Positions 12,096 to 25,176 of a stretch of DNA of 64,000 nt are shown in pieces; positions within the stretch are counted from its first letter, which is position 1; every line of letters starts with the position of its first letter. The DNA comes from Macrostomum lignano (taxonomy: Eukaryota): NCBI GenBank assembly GCA_002269645.1, contig NIVC01001121.1, forward strand, positions 62,001 to 126,000, given 5' to 3'. The translations under genes and the position numbers were made by a program. The notes beneath the pieces were generated by a model that was not told the origin of the DNA, ran no database searches, and saw only the letters and a program-made list of their open reading frames with translations.

Positions 12096-15000
12096 CTCTA
12101 TTGACTGTCTTTATGAAGACGTAATTGTTTTAACACCTTTAATCCTAAACTTGAATTGGATCGAAGCAAAAGAACGTGCAAGCTTCAATAAATATTTATG
12201 AAGACGTAATTGTTTTAACACCTTTAATCCTAACCTTGAATCGGATCGAAGCAAACGATCGAACGTGCAAGCTTCAATAAATTCATGATGTGCGATCGAT
12301 CGTGTCTTCATTAATATCGTGACGATAATTCCGGAGAAATAACAGACCACTCCTTTGTTAGAATGTTTCTTAATTCTACACATCCTGGGGACCGGAACTT
12401 TCTGTGCTCTTATCTATGGCAATAGTCTATGGTATTTAATTACCTTATTGCTAAACAAAAGTACACAACAATTCTACGTACATACTATTGTGATGAGATG
12501 ATTTAGTCTGAATGATTTAGAAATACTGGAGGGTTGGGTGGAAGGGTGAGTCATCGGGTGGGGCGCCCAAAGGTCACCGGTCCTGTGACCACCGAGTAAG
12601 AAGCAAAGGTCCTGAGTGTCGAAAATCAGATCAGCGTGACGTAGATTTTGGCAATAAATCCAAGTCTCCGAAAAGTCTGAACGATCTGGTCCTCCAACAG
12701 GACGCGAGCTAACAGAGAAAAATGACTACCCAATTTTACTTAGCATAAATATTCGTAGATGTTCGTCAATGTAATAATCAGCGGTCCCAGCGCGTGACAA
12801 GATTTTAAAAGAGAATAAATTTGAGCGTAAATATTCTGCAGTATTAGGTACTCGTAAATAATATTCAGAAAAGGCAAGCTAAGTGTAACAAAATACTAAA
12901 TACAAACACTATTAACTATACTAATTAAAAAGAAAAGCATTACTAGATACATACATGTATTAAAAAAAATTACTACTGCCTCAGATAGATAGCTATTCGA
13001 TCGTTGCCGCTTTTGATAACTTTTACAACTTTTGATTTTGGTATATTTTGAAGGTACGACCAGAGACAGCTATTTTTTACGAGCTACAATGTACAACTCT
13101 AAAGCTCATATTCCAAGCTGTGACAGTGTAATTCGTAGAAATCATATTTAAACAAACACACCCCAACAGCAAATGAGACGAACAGCAGGCAGGCAAATAT
13201 CTATGGCCCGAAGCAGCGCTAGAGGTGGGGAAAGCGACCGGGCCGTGGTAACGATACATTCAAGTTTAAATAGCAAGCAAATGAGATTAAAAGAATAAAA
13301 GCAGTTTTTAAAAACATTGAGCTGCAAAGCGAAAGCGAGCGACGTGGCACAGAGGGCGGTGGGCAGATAAATAAGCGGGTGAGCAAACCCCCCCACCCCA
13401 CGGAGGGGTAGAGAGGACGGCGTACAAAGGCGGCACAATTGTACAGCGCGAGGGGTGGATGGCTAACACCCATTTCACTCCAGGCTCACAAGGGAGCCCT
13501 AAGAGAAATGGAGGCAGTATCGATGTGATGAGTTTCGGCCTTTTCGCCCCTTTCGGAAAGCCTTCGGGCTTCGGGTCTCAGAAATAAATCAATTAGAGTC
13601 CTGGCCCCTCACTCGACCTGTCAGATGGTCAGCCCCATGGTAGCTTGATCTTGTGGCGAGCAGTCTGTCCTATAGCTAAGAGGGACAGCGAGAGACAAGC
13701 AGGGAGAATTTTGAAGGTAGAGATTAGCCAATCCGCAGATTAACTAACCCGCTGCCACCAAGCCCGTGCGTTCTGGCTCACCAAACCGGAACTTTCGAAA
13801 TCAGGCTTCCGACTAGAGGGGGCTTAGCACTTACCTGCCAACTAGTGTCTTTTTGCTGTCAATCTCGAAGTCATAGCTGATGATAAGGGACACTACTAGG
13901 ACTCGATCGCATTGGCCATGCAGGTACAGAAGGGGACTTGTGCAGGGGATTCTTGCATGAGTGGCGAGACTAGGGGGTAGCTACATATGTACTATTACAT
14001 AGCTAAATACGAGGAATTGTACTTTTGGCCTTCAACGCGCCAACCAGCCTCTCGAAGCGCTGATGATAGACTAACTCGAACTTCGGAGGCCGCATGATTC
14101 ATTACCCGAGCCGCTTGGCGAATCTAGAGTGCACAGAGTACATCTCTAGCGCCGATTTTGCACTATTGGCAGTTTTGCTCACTGATTTGATAGATTGATC
14201 GACTGAATGAAAACCGATAAAAATAACTGTCAGATTAACCTTCTCACTAAATCACTTCACACTTCAGATTGAATTGGAGTATCAAACTACTATATCAGTA
14301 TTGAATGGTTTATGCCTCAAATAACAGCACCGCTGAACAAAATGAGCAAAAGTGTGCGCCTAATCCAGCTCCTGAAATAGGGGACAGATAAGGGATCACC
14401 CAATCAAGCAAGTCTAGGTAGCCTCTCACCCAACCAATCAGAAACTCAACAGCCGGAGACCAGGTAATCCACAGTGACCGAATCGGCTTAGTGCTTCGCA
14501 GCTGTAGACCCGGGTTGATGCTGATGTCACAATCTTCGCAGATAGCTAGCAGGTGATGTTCTTAATCTTGATGTTCGCTGCTGACGACCGGGGGGATTCG
14601 TCCTTGATGATGATGGGGGAGTCGTGTTCCGGGGATCAAGAGACGACGGTCGAGCTCCTGGAGGTCTAAGTTAGGCCAAAGTCCCAGGAGGCGGAGCAGG
14701 AGGTTGAGTCAAAAACACCGGTTTAAATAGCTGACAACTGGACCGCAATTTGTTATAATGGAACACCTCGACGCTGATTGGCTGAGCCGATTTGTTATAA
14801 CGCACGTCGAATTTTCTGATTGGCTGAGCTTGTTGTCACCCAAACTCACGTGACCAGAAGATCTTATCAGTTCCCTCGGGGCCATAAAAATACGACAGGT
14901 GCGGTCATAAATCACTCAAAATCGCTACATAATGATTTATGACCTTTCGCGTAGGAGACAAAAATTAATGAACAAATACATTAGAAAGCTCTTATTAAGT

Positions 15001-15640
15001 ACATGTAGAAAGTGAAGATAATGAAGAGAAATCGCTAATCGCTAATCCCAACGTACTTTTAGGGGTAAAACGCATAGCTGTCAAAGCTGTCACACGCTTG
15101 AGTGAACACGAACAATAGGCCTGGCCCTGGCCTCATAAATCTTCATGGCCTGTCAAAATGATGAGAAAAAAGCTACCGCCCGCATCCTCTCAGACCATCT
15201 AGCGCCAGTCTCACATTGAGTGAGGCGCAGGTGGCTGTCAGACCAGCTCGAAAGCAATGATTTATGACCCAAAAGCCGCACCTATGTTATTATAACTATA
15301 AGTATGGCAAAATCATATAAATAGTATGAATTCTAGGAAAATTACATAAAGAGAAGAAAAAATGGCCATAGCCTGTTGTTAGTAGGCTAGTAAGTTTGGA
15401 GCCCATGTGCGAGCGTGAAGTTTGGAAAAAAGTGCGTCCTCATCAATCACATGTATACGGTACTACTTGTAGTCTTTCATTTTTTAACAATATTCTATTA
15501 CGTTTTATTATTGCGCTAATGTTACTGTTGAAATTGTAGGTTTTTTGTATCCTCGTATGAATTTATTCGTCATTATTTGTATTTCTTGCATATCGAAATA
15601 TTTCTCGTAAAGTAGTTCCATCTATGTAAATGTAAATGTA

Positions 15641-15841
15641 TGTGGCGAGTTGAGCCACGTAAAGTTTATTTGAAAGTAGCAGGGTGGAGGCGCGCGAGAC
15701 AAAGGTCTAAAGTTATATAGGCCAGCGGTGTACACTGGGCAGCCAATCAACGCACAGCGACCGTGCACATAGCGCCGGCCCTCCCGGCCGGGGTGGGGGT
15801 GGCTGCCGGAGCGCGCACGCGCGCGTGGCGTGACCGCCACA
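15641..15841 (-). repeat. 3' LTR (201 bp) of the gypsy element
   Basis: Minus strand begins TGTGGCG and ends CGCCACA (7-bp inverted termini). It follows PPT TGGGGGGAGCCA (15842-15853) and contains TATATAA-like and AATAAA signals on the minus strand. Confidence 0.85.
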
Positions 15842-15861
15842 TGGCTCCCCCCAGCGCTGGC

Positions 15862-18800
15862 CTAGGACCGAAACTGCGTCGTGCGGCACCGGCGAGGCGG
15901 AAGCTGGCGGCGACCAGACGCTGGAGGCCGGGCCGCTTGCACCGGTGGGAAGCGTGTCGGTGGGTGCCCCGGCGGCGCTAGCGGTTGCGCAGTTGCGACC
16001 GGAGAGTCTCCACCACGTGGCAGTTGTGGCCGGCCGTCCAGGCGGGGGCGGCCTCGTGGCCGCAGAGCGGGAGCCGGAATCGCCTCGCCGGGATCGAGCG
16101 CCGCCGGCTTGAGTCTGTCCACTGCCACTTGATCCTGCCGCGTGCCCAGGTCGAGGCGGAAGGTCTTGGCTCCACGCTCAAGGACCTTGAAGGGCCCGAA
16201 GTACGGCCGCTGCAGAAATGGCCGGTGGCCGTCGCGGCGGATGAAGACGTGCGTGCAGGACTCCAGGGCAGCAGGCCATGTCGCGAGGTCGGAGGCGGCC
16301 GGAACGATCGTACCGCGCTGCGTAGCCGGGCCAGAAACTGGTCTTAAGAGCCCGCGGGTGGCGCGGCCTGCAGGTATTCTCCAGCGCCGTAGACCAGCTC
16401 GGCCGAGGAGGTGCCGATGTCCTCTTTGGGAGCCGTTCGGATGCCCAGCAACGCCCAGGGCAGCTCGTCGGTCCAAGTTGGTCCGGTCAGGCGCGTCATC
16501 AGGAAAGCCTTGAGCTGGCGGTGGAAGCGTTCCACCAAGCCGTTTGCCTGTGGGTGAAAAGCGGTGGTGTGGTGCAGCTGCATGCCCAGCAGCCTCGGCA
16601 CGTTGGCCCATAGCCCGGAGGTGAACGGGGAGCCGCGGTCGGACGTGACGTCACTGGGCACGCCGAAGCGGGCGACCCAACCGGCGATGAAGGCGGACGC
16701 GCAGGAGGCAGCGGAAGTGTCGGCCAAGGGGAAAGCCTCCGGCCAGCGGGAGAACCTGTCGACGACGGTCAGCAGGTGCGTGAAGCCGCGGGACTGCGGC
16801 AGCGGTCCGACAAGGTCGATGTGGACGTGCGCGAAACGGCTACTGGGCACCGGGATGCTGGCGGGCGGGGCGGTCACGTGGCGCTGCACCTTGGCCGTCT
16901 GGCAGGCGATGCAGCTGCGAGCCCATTGGCCGACGTCCCTGTTGAGTCCCGGCCACACGAACTTCTCCGACACCAGGCGCCGCGTACTGCGTACGGATGG
17001 GTGCGCCAGTCCGTCGACTGCGTCGAAAACGGCGTGGTGGACGTCGGCGGGCACCAGTGGGCGCGGGCGGCCGATCACGGTGTCGCAGATGACCTCCAGA
17101 CCACCGGATTGTCGTTGCCCGCCACGTGCCGGATGTCGGTGGTGAACTCCGACACGTATGCGAGGTGCGAGGTGCCACTGCTGGCGCGCTGACCAGGGAT
17201 CCGACAACTTGGCCATGGCCGCAACCAGGGGTTTGTGGTCGGTGTAGGCGGTGAAGATGCGGCCTTCCAAAAAGTAGCGGAAATGCCGCGTGGCCAGATA
17301 GAGAGCGAGTAACTCCCGGTCGAACGCGCTGTACTTTTGTTCAGCCAGTCGCAGTTGGCGGCTGAAGAAAGCTAGTGGCCGCCAGGCCTCGCCGACACGC
17401 TGCGCCAGAACCGCCCCGATGGCGGTGTCCGAGGCGTCGACCGTCAGCGCCGTTGGGGCGTCGAGCTCCGGGTGCGCAAGCATGGCAGCGTCAGCCAGGG
17501 CCTGCTTCGTGCTGTTGAAGGCATCCGTCAGCTCCGGTGTCCACCGAACGATCTTGTCCTTGCTGGCCAGGGCGCCGTAGATGGGGCGCAGCAACTGGGC
17601 GGCCCGCGGCACGAACCGGTGATAGAAGTTCACCATGCCGGCGAACTCTTGCAGGCCCTTGACGGTCGCGGGCGGAGCGAATCGGGCGATGGCTTCGACC
17701 TTGTCTGGCAGCGGCACGGCGCCCCGGCTGCTGATGCGGTGGCCCAGAAAGTCGATTTCGCTGCGGCCAAACTGGCACTTGGCTGGATTGACGAGGAGGC
17801 CGTTGTCTGCCATGCGCTGGAACAGCGTGCGCAGGTGCCCCAGATGCTGCTGAGGGCCGCTGCTCGCCACTAGGAAGTCGTCGATATAGGCGAACACGAA
17901 GTCCAGGCCCTGGCAGACCGTGTCAATCAGCCGTTGGAAGGCCTGGGCGGCGTTTTTGAGTCCGAATGGCATCTTGAGAAACTCGAACAGGCCGAATGGC
18001 GTGATGACGGCCGTCTTGGCGATGTCGGCCTCGGCAACCGGGATCTGGTGGTAGCCCCGCACCAGGTCGATCTTGGAGAATACGTTGAACCCGGACAGCC
18101 GCGCAAAAAAGTCCTGGATGTGTGGCACCGGGTAGCGGTCGGGCACCGTGGCGTCGTTGAGCCGCCGGAAATCGCCGCAGGGCCCCCAACCCCCGGAGGC
18201 CTTTGGCACCATGTGCAGCGGCGACGACCAGGGGCTGCAGGACCGCCGCACGATGTCCAGCTGCTCCATGTTGCGGAATTTCTCCTTGTCCACCGCCAGC
18301 TTGTCAGGCGGCGGGCGGCGCGCCAGGGCGTGGACGGGGGGCCGTCGTAGGAACATGATGTTGGACCCCGTGGAGCGGCCGGGCTTTCTGGAAACTCGGC
18401 TCCGTCAGCGTCGGGAACTCCGCGAGCAGCTGGCTGTACGGGTCCCCAGCGACGGCGGCGGCGAGCTGCGGCCGGGCCGGGCTGGACCCGAGCAGCAGGG
18501 GGGCGCTGGACAGCGAGCTAGTGTCGAGCAGACGGCGGTTTGACATGTCCACCAGAAGGCCGTGGTGCCGCAGGAAGTCCGCGCCGATCAACGGCCGTGA
18601 CACCTCGGCCAGGATGAACGGCCAGGTGCAGGTCTTGACGCCGAGGTCGAGCGTTAGCGTCCGGCTGCTGAACGTCCGGATCAGGCTTCTGTTGGCCGCG
18701 AAAAGCGGCGGGCCGGGTGTGTGCGAGCGGGCGTCTGCCCCCGAGACAGGAAAAATGCTCACCTCAGCGCCGGTGTCGACCAAGAAGCACCGGCCCGTGG

Positions 18801-18876
18801 CTACGTCGGGGATGAGCAGGAGGTTGTTGCTGCCGGCCGTCGAGGCATTCACTGAGGGCTAGCCGGCCCGTTTCCC
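15862..18876 (-). pseudogene. pol: Gypsy pol (PR-RT-RH-IN), disrupted
   Basis: Domains are split over ORFs 18304-18852, 16344-18356 and 15862-16611. Frameshifts near 18320, 17100-17180 (with a deletion) and 16370. In-frame TAG at 18859-18861. Confidence 0.88.
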
Positions 18877-20274
18877 GAGAACTGGCAGGGCGGCTCGCAA
18901 CGCCGGGCGAGACTTGGCGCCGAACTACCGCTCGCCGGCTCAGCTGTCCAGCAATGCTCATTATATCGCTCATGCTGTGTAGGGCAAATGCTTCCAATCA
19001 ATTAGCGTTGCCTCGATCTTTGCAGCCGTCCGCTTTTCTCTATCTGAGATTCCACCTCTAGACAAGCAAGTATTTATATATGTAATTAGTTTAGGGGTGG
19101 ATGCAGAGTAAGGGGTGGGTGACTTTAGGTGCGCGACTTAAAGGTGAGACATAGGCGAGGTGGAGGTAACCTTCTCTCAAACTCCCTTAGCAGCATCGAC
19201 TGATAATAATTCACGACAGTGTACATAACGTGCGTAGATTACGTAAGAAAAAGGAAACAGTGTGTTGAAATTTTAAGCAATGACTAGCAATCTACGCCCC
19301 CCGTTGGGGAGCCAAAGAAATGCAATACACGTTTTTTTAATAAGCTACATGTATCCTTGAAATCTTAAAAAATCTCCTGTCAAACCTTGTAAGCCTTGAC
19401 ATGTCAGTAATCCCCCCCACAAGCTTTAACATATCAACTCCCCCCCTTGACATCTCAGCAATGCAATGGATTCCCAAATGAATCTCTTAACTTCGACATG
19501 AAGCTTCTTTTATTTTTTACATTACGCTTTTTTTATCAGCGATCCCTCCCCTGAGGAGGCATCAAATAATGTAATAAAAAGTTTTCAATAAACTACATGT
19601 AGCTTCTGACTTTAGCTTTGAAATCTCATTTATACCCCCGTGAGCCTTGACATGTCAGCTATCCCCCCCGTAAGCCTTGACATGTCAGCGATGGCCTCCA
19701 TAAACCTTGAAATCTGAAAAATCCCCCGTTAACCTTGAAACCCGATAAAATATAACCCTCAACCCACACCTGACCTAAACCTAACTTTAACCCAACCTAA
19801 AGCCTTGAATCTCAGCAATTCTTGTCCCCTAAGCCTTGACATTTTAGTGATTCCTTCTTTAAGAATCACAGCACTATAACGATTCCCTCGCTTTGACATC
19901 GTAGCAATTCCCAAATGAATCTTTTAACTTCGACATGACTTTTCTTTTATGTATACATAGTGCTACTTTTATTTTTTACATGACTCTTCTTCTATCAGCG
20001 CCCCCCCCGTGGCGAGCCAACAAAAAATGTAATAAAAAAATTGAGTAAAGTAAATGAACTTTGAAGTAGCTTCTGACTGTTGCTTTGACATCTCAGAAAC
20101 GCCCCCATAATCTCAGTTATTCTCTGTGAGCCTTGACGTCTCAGTTTTTCTCCCTAGCCCAGCACTATAGCTTCATTTAATTTTTACATGACACCTTTCA
20201 TGTCTGACATGACGCTTCTTTTATTCTACCATGATGCTTTTTAATTTTTTAAATGACACTTTCATTAGTTTTTA

Positions 20275-23200
20275 AAGGAGGCTTCTATGATTTTTATATG
20301 ACGCTTCTATGATATTTTACATGACGCTTCTATGACTGTTTACATGACGCTTCTATGATTTTTACATGACGCTTCTATGATTGTTTACATGACGCTTCTA
20401 TGATTTTTATATGACGCTTCTATGATATTTTACATGACGCTTCTATGACTGTTTACATGACGCTTCTATGATTTTTACATGACGCTTCTATGATTGTTTA
20501 CATGACGCTTCTATGATTTTTTATATGACGCTTCTATCATTTTTACATAACGCTTCTATGATTTTTATATGACGCTTCTATGATATTTTACATGACGCTT
20601 CTATGACTGTTTACATGACGCTTCTATGATTGTTTACATGACGCTTCTAGGATTGTTTACATGACGCTTCTATGATTTTTACATGACGCTTCTATGATTG
20701 TTTCATGACGCTTCTATGATTGTTTACATGACGCTTCTATGATTTTTATATGACGCTTCTACGATTTTTGCAGGACGATTCTATGATTGTTTACATGACG
20801 CTTCTATGATTTTTACATGACGCTTCTATGATTGTTTCATGACGCTTCTATGACTGTTTACATGACGCTTCTATGATTTTTATATGACGCTTCTACGATT
20901 TTTGCAGGACGATTCTATGATTTACATGACGCTTCTATGATTTTTACATGACGCTTCTATGATTGTTTCATGACGCTTCTATGACTGTTTACATGACGCT
21001 TCTATGATTTTTACATGACGCTTCTATGATTGTTTACATGACGCTTCTATGATTTTTTATATGACGCTTCTATCATTTTTACATAACGCTTCTATGATTT
21101 TTACATGACGCTTTTATGATTTTTTACATGACGCTACTATGATTTTTACATGACGCTACTATGATTGTTTACATGACGCTTCTATGATTGTTTACATGAC
21201 ACTTCTATGATTGTTTACATGACGCTTCTATGATTGTTTATATGACGCTTGTATGATTTTTACATGACGCTTCTATGATTGTTTATATGACGCTTCTATC
21301 ATTTTTACATAACGCTTCTATGATTATTACATGAAGCTTCTACGATTTTTACATGACGCTTCTATGATTTTTTACATGACGCTTTTATGATTTTTTACAT
21401 GACGCTTCTACGAGTTTTTGCAGGACGATTCTATGATTTTACATGACGCTTCTATGATTTTACATGACGCTTCTATGATTTTTACATGACGTTTCTATGA
21501 TTTTTTACATGACGCTTCTATGATTGTTTCATGACGCTTCTATGATTGTTTACATGACACTTCTATGATTGTTTCATTACGCTTTTATGATTGTTTACAT
21601 GACGCTTCTATGATTGTTTATATGACGCTTGTATGATTTTTACATGACGCTTCTATGATTGTTTCATGACGCTTCTATGACTGTTTACATGACGCTTCTA
21701 TGATTGTTTATATGACGCTTCTATCATTTTTACATAACGCTTCTATGATTATTACATGAAGCTTCTACGATTTTTACATGACGCTTCTATGATTTTTTAC
21801 ATGACGCTTCTATGATTTTTTACATGACGCTTCTACGAGTTTTTGCAGGACGATTCTATGATTTTACATGACGCTTCTATGATTTTACATGACGCTTCTA
21901 TGATTTTTACATGACGTTTCTATGATTTTTTACATGACGCTTCTATGATTGTTTCATGACGCTTCTATGATTTTTACATGACGCTACTATGATTTTTACA
22001 TGACGCTTTTATGATTTTTTAAAAGACGCTTCTATGATTTTTCAATGACGCTTCTATGATTTTTTACATGACGCTTCTATCATTGTTTACACGACGCTTC
22101 TATGATTGTTTACATGACGCTTCTATGATTGTTTACATGACGCTTCTATGATTGTTTACATGACGCTTCTATGATTGTTTACATGACGCTTCTATGATTG
22201 TTTACATGACGCTTCTATGATTGTTTACATGACGCTTCTATGATTGTTTACATGGCGCTTCTACGATTTTTTACATGACGATTCTATGATTGTTTACATG
22301 ACGCTTCTATGATTGTTTACATGACGCTTCTAAGATTTTTTACATGACACTTCTATGATTGTTTACATGACGCTTCTATGATTGTTCACATGACACTTCT
22401 ATGATTGTTTACATGACGCTTCTATGATTGTTTACATGACGCTTCTATGATTTTTTACATGACGCTTCTATGATTGTTTATATGACGCTTGTATGATTTT
22501 TACATGACGCTTCTATGATTGTTTCATGACGCTTCTATGACTGTTTACATGACGCTTCTATGATTGTTTATATGACGCTTCTATCATTTTTACATAACGC
22601 TTCTATGATTATTACATGAAGCTTCTACGATTTTTACATGACGCTTCTATGATTTTTTACATGACGCTTTTATGATTTTTTACATGACGCTTCTACGAGT
22701 TTTTACATGACGCTTCTATGATTTTTACATGACGTTTCTATGATTTTTTACATGACGCTTCTATGATTGTTTCATGACGCTTCTATGATTGTTTACATGA
22801 CGCTTCTATGATTGTTTACATGACGCTTCTATGATTGTTTACATGACGCTTCTATGATTGTTTACATGACGCTTCTATGATTGTTTACATGGCGCTTCTA
22901 CGATTTTTTACATGACGATTCTATGATTGTTTACATGACGCTTCTATGATTGTTTACATGACGCTTCTATGATTGTTTACATGACGCTTCTATGATTGTT
23001 TACATGACGCTTCTATGATTGTTTACATGACGCTTCTATGATTTTTACATGACGCTTCTATGATTGTTTACATGACGCTTCTATGATTTTTACATGACGT
23101 TTCTATGATTGTTTAAATGACGCTTCTATGATTGTTTACATGACGCTTCCATGATTTTTTAAATGATGCTTCTATGATTTTTAACATAACGCTTCAGTGA

Positions 23201-23402
23201 TTGTTTACATGACGCTTCTATGATTGTTTACATGACGCTTCTATGATTGTTTACATGACGCTTCTATGATTTTTTAAATGACGCTTCTATGATTTTTTAA
23301 ATGACGCTTCTATGATTGTTTACATGACGCTTCTATGATTGTTTACATGACGCTTCTATGATTGTTTACATGACGCTTCTATGATTGTTTACATGACGCT
23401 TC
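20275..23402. repeat. ~3.1-kb satellite, 22-23-bp monomer
   Basis: CATGACGCTTCTATGATTGTTTA and variants. Confidence 0.96.
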
Positions 23403-24073
23403 TTTTTAAAAAGTCTTTTAGTTTTCCTGACGTTGAAAAGCTTTAATTGAAAAAATTATATTCTATGAAAATTCGAACCATCGTCGCTGCATTTATCAAA
23501 TTTTGCACTTATATAATTCAACAGTTTAAAATCCAAGCATAGAGTAAATCCACGAAGCAGTTATGACATAATCAGTTTCTCAGTCAGTCAGTATCAGTTA
23601 ACAATATGGTTACGCAATTTAAATCAAGTCTGGTGCTACGCTTCCACACTGCATTTTCAATTCAAGTCGGAGTTACAATTCAGTTATGATGCAATCTATT
23701 TCAGAGTCAGAATTCAACCAGTCAGTTTTTTCTCTAGCATTCTTACAATGCATTTCAAGTCGAAAAGTTTGCTTGACCTTTGCAAAAAAGCATGTTTTTC
23801 GAATATTTAATCGCTTTAACATGGAGCAATTTCTTAGCCATGATGCATGTACCGTCACGGGAAAATTTCTGATCGAACAGTGCAAGTCTCATGAAAATCG
23901 GTTAAGCCATTTTTTCTCTAATCGATTACAAGCAAGCAAGCAAGCAAGCAAGATTTTTTCTCTAATCGATTACAAGCAAGCAAGCAAGCAAGCAAGATTT
24001 TCATTTTTAGTATATAGGATGTTCATCGGAAGTCAGAGTTTAAGGCAATGTCCTGCAAGTTTGTAAAACAAAT

Positions 24074-24704
24074 TATACTCAGCAACAGTCAAAAGTTCCA
24101 CCCACCAAGCGAGATGAAAATTTTCTCACATATTGCGACAAATTCTCACTCACAATTCAACCCTCAAGTTGCGCAACTAAGCCGCGGCGAGGAAGGGAAA
24201 GTTGACTGTATCAACAACTTGTAATAAACGTCAGTCGCACAAAATCATAAAGCTTTTAATGCAATATTCAGTTAGAATCGCGATGCCTAATAACGCGTGT
24301 GGGATCCCCTCGCACGCAGAAGAGCGCGATTCTGCGGGGCATCCCCAGGATGAGGTTGGCGCAGAAAGTCCTGGAGAATCTGCTGCCAAGCGTTTTCAAT
24401 GCCATGTCGCAGTTCCACAACATTCTGTGGTGGATTCTCTTTTCGAATACTGCGTTTTAGAAAGTCTCAGACATGCTCAATGGGCTTCATGTCTGGGGAC
24501 TGGGAAGGCCACAGCTGTAGCTGTTCTTTCAGTTGACTGACAGCATCGGCTTGGTGTGGCGGCGCGTTGTCCTCCTGGACTATTAAGCAGACTCAAGCCA
24601 CCCCCAAGTGGCAATAAGCGTTGTGCGTAAGTTGCGTCACTCGCAATAAGTGAAAAAAATCATCTCACTTAGTGGGGTGGAACTTTTGACTGTTGCTGAG
24701 TATA
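24074..24704. mobile_element. Tc1/mariner-like MITE
   Basis: Termini TATACTCAGCAACAGTCAAAAGTTCCACCC and its reverse complement, bounded by TA; no transposase. Confidence 0.75.
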
Positions 24705-25176
24705 ATAGACCGTAAAAAAATAAAAAATTCTAATTTGAATGGGTGAAAAGTTTATTAAATTTTTTTTATCAATTTTAGTATATTGAGTCTTATTGCAAAA
24801 ATGAAATCATTTTTCTCTGCAGTGGCACTTAAAAAGTAAAAAATATAGATCTCTTTGGGCGAAGACGGTTACTGCGAAATTATTCATGAAAGCAATACTT
24901 CATACAAAATTTATAGGCTCTTGATTAAAAAATTATAGTAAATGCTAATTTGCTTGCAGAATTATCAAAACAATAAAATTCATTAATACGAGCTCACAAA
25001 CAATTGCAATCATTATTAAAACGAGAGATTAGTCAATCGAGTCAAAGCAAATCAATTTTTAATTTCCGCAGGTGAAATACAGACATTTAGCTAGCTCGTA
25101 CTTTTGAGCTAAAGAAGACGGCTCTCTTTAACGGACTGTAAAATCTGAAGCAAACAGAAAAAAACTAAACATTTAG

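Larger units (their letters stand above)
15641..18950 (-). mobile_element. Ty3/gypsy LTR retrotransposon, CsRn1/Boudicca-like, 5'-truncated and decayed
   Basis: Order gag tail-PR (FLVDTGAEVS)-RT (YIDD)-RNaseH (DASD..IGAVL, TDHKPL)-IN (CxxC, D-D-E, GPF motif), then PPT and LTR. The gag tail FGAKSR..CEPPC..SGN resembles the CHCC clade. Most of gag and the 5' LTR are absent. Confidence 0.92.

Noticed and set aside
13525-13585. Hammerhead ribozyme
   Set aside because: TGATGAG and GAAAC occur, but neither strand gives CUGANGA plus a paired stem II closing on GAAA.
14897-15285. Small MITE bounded by AGGTGCGG..GTCATAAATCA inverted motifs
   Set aside because: The arms are short and gapped and no TSD is evident.
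15622-18997. Numerous overlapping Arg/Pro/Ala-rich ORFs, also antisense to NSD and IAP exons
   Set aside because: Shadow frames of high-GC coding DNA.
20275-23402. CRISPR-like appearance of regular arrays (also 44280-45462)
   Set aside because: Units are contiguous with no unique spacers, there are no cas genes, and the context is eukaryotic.
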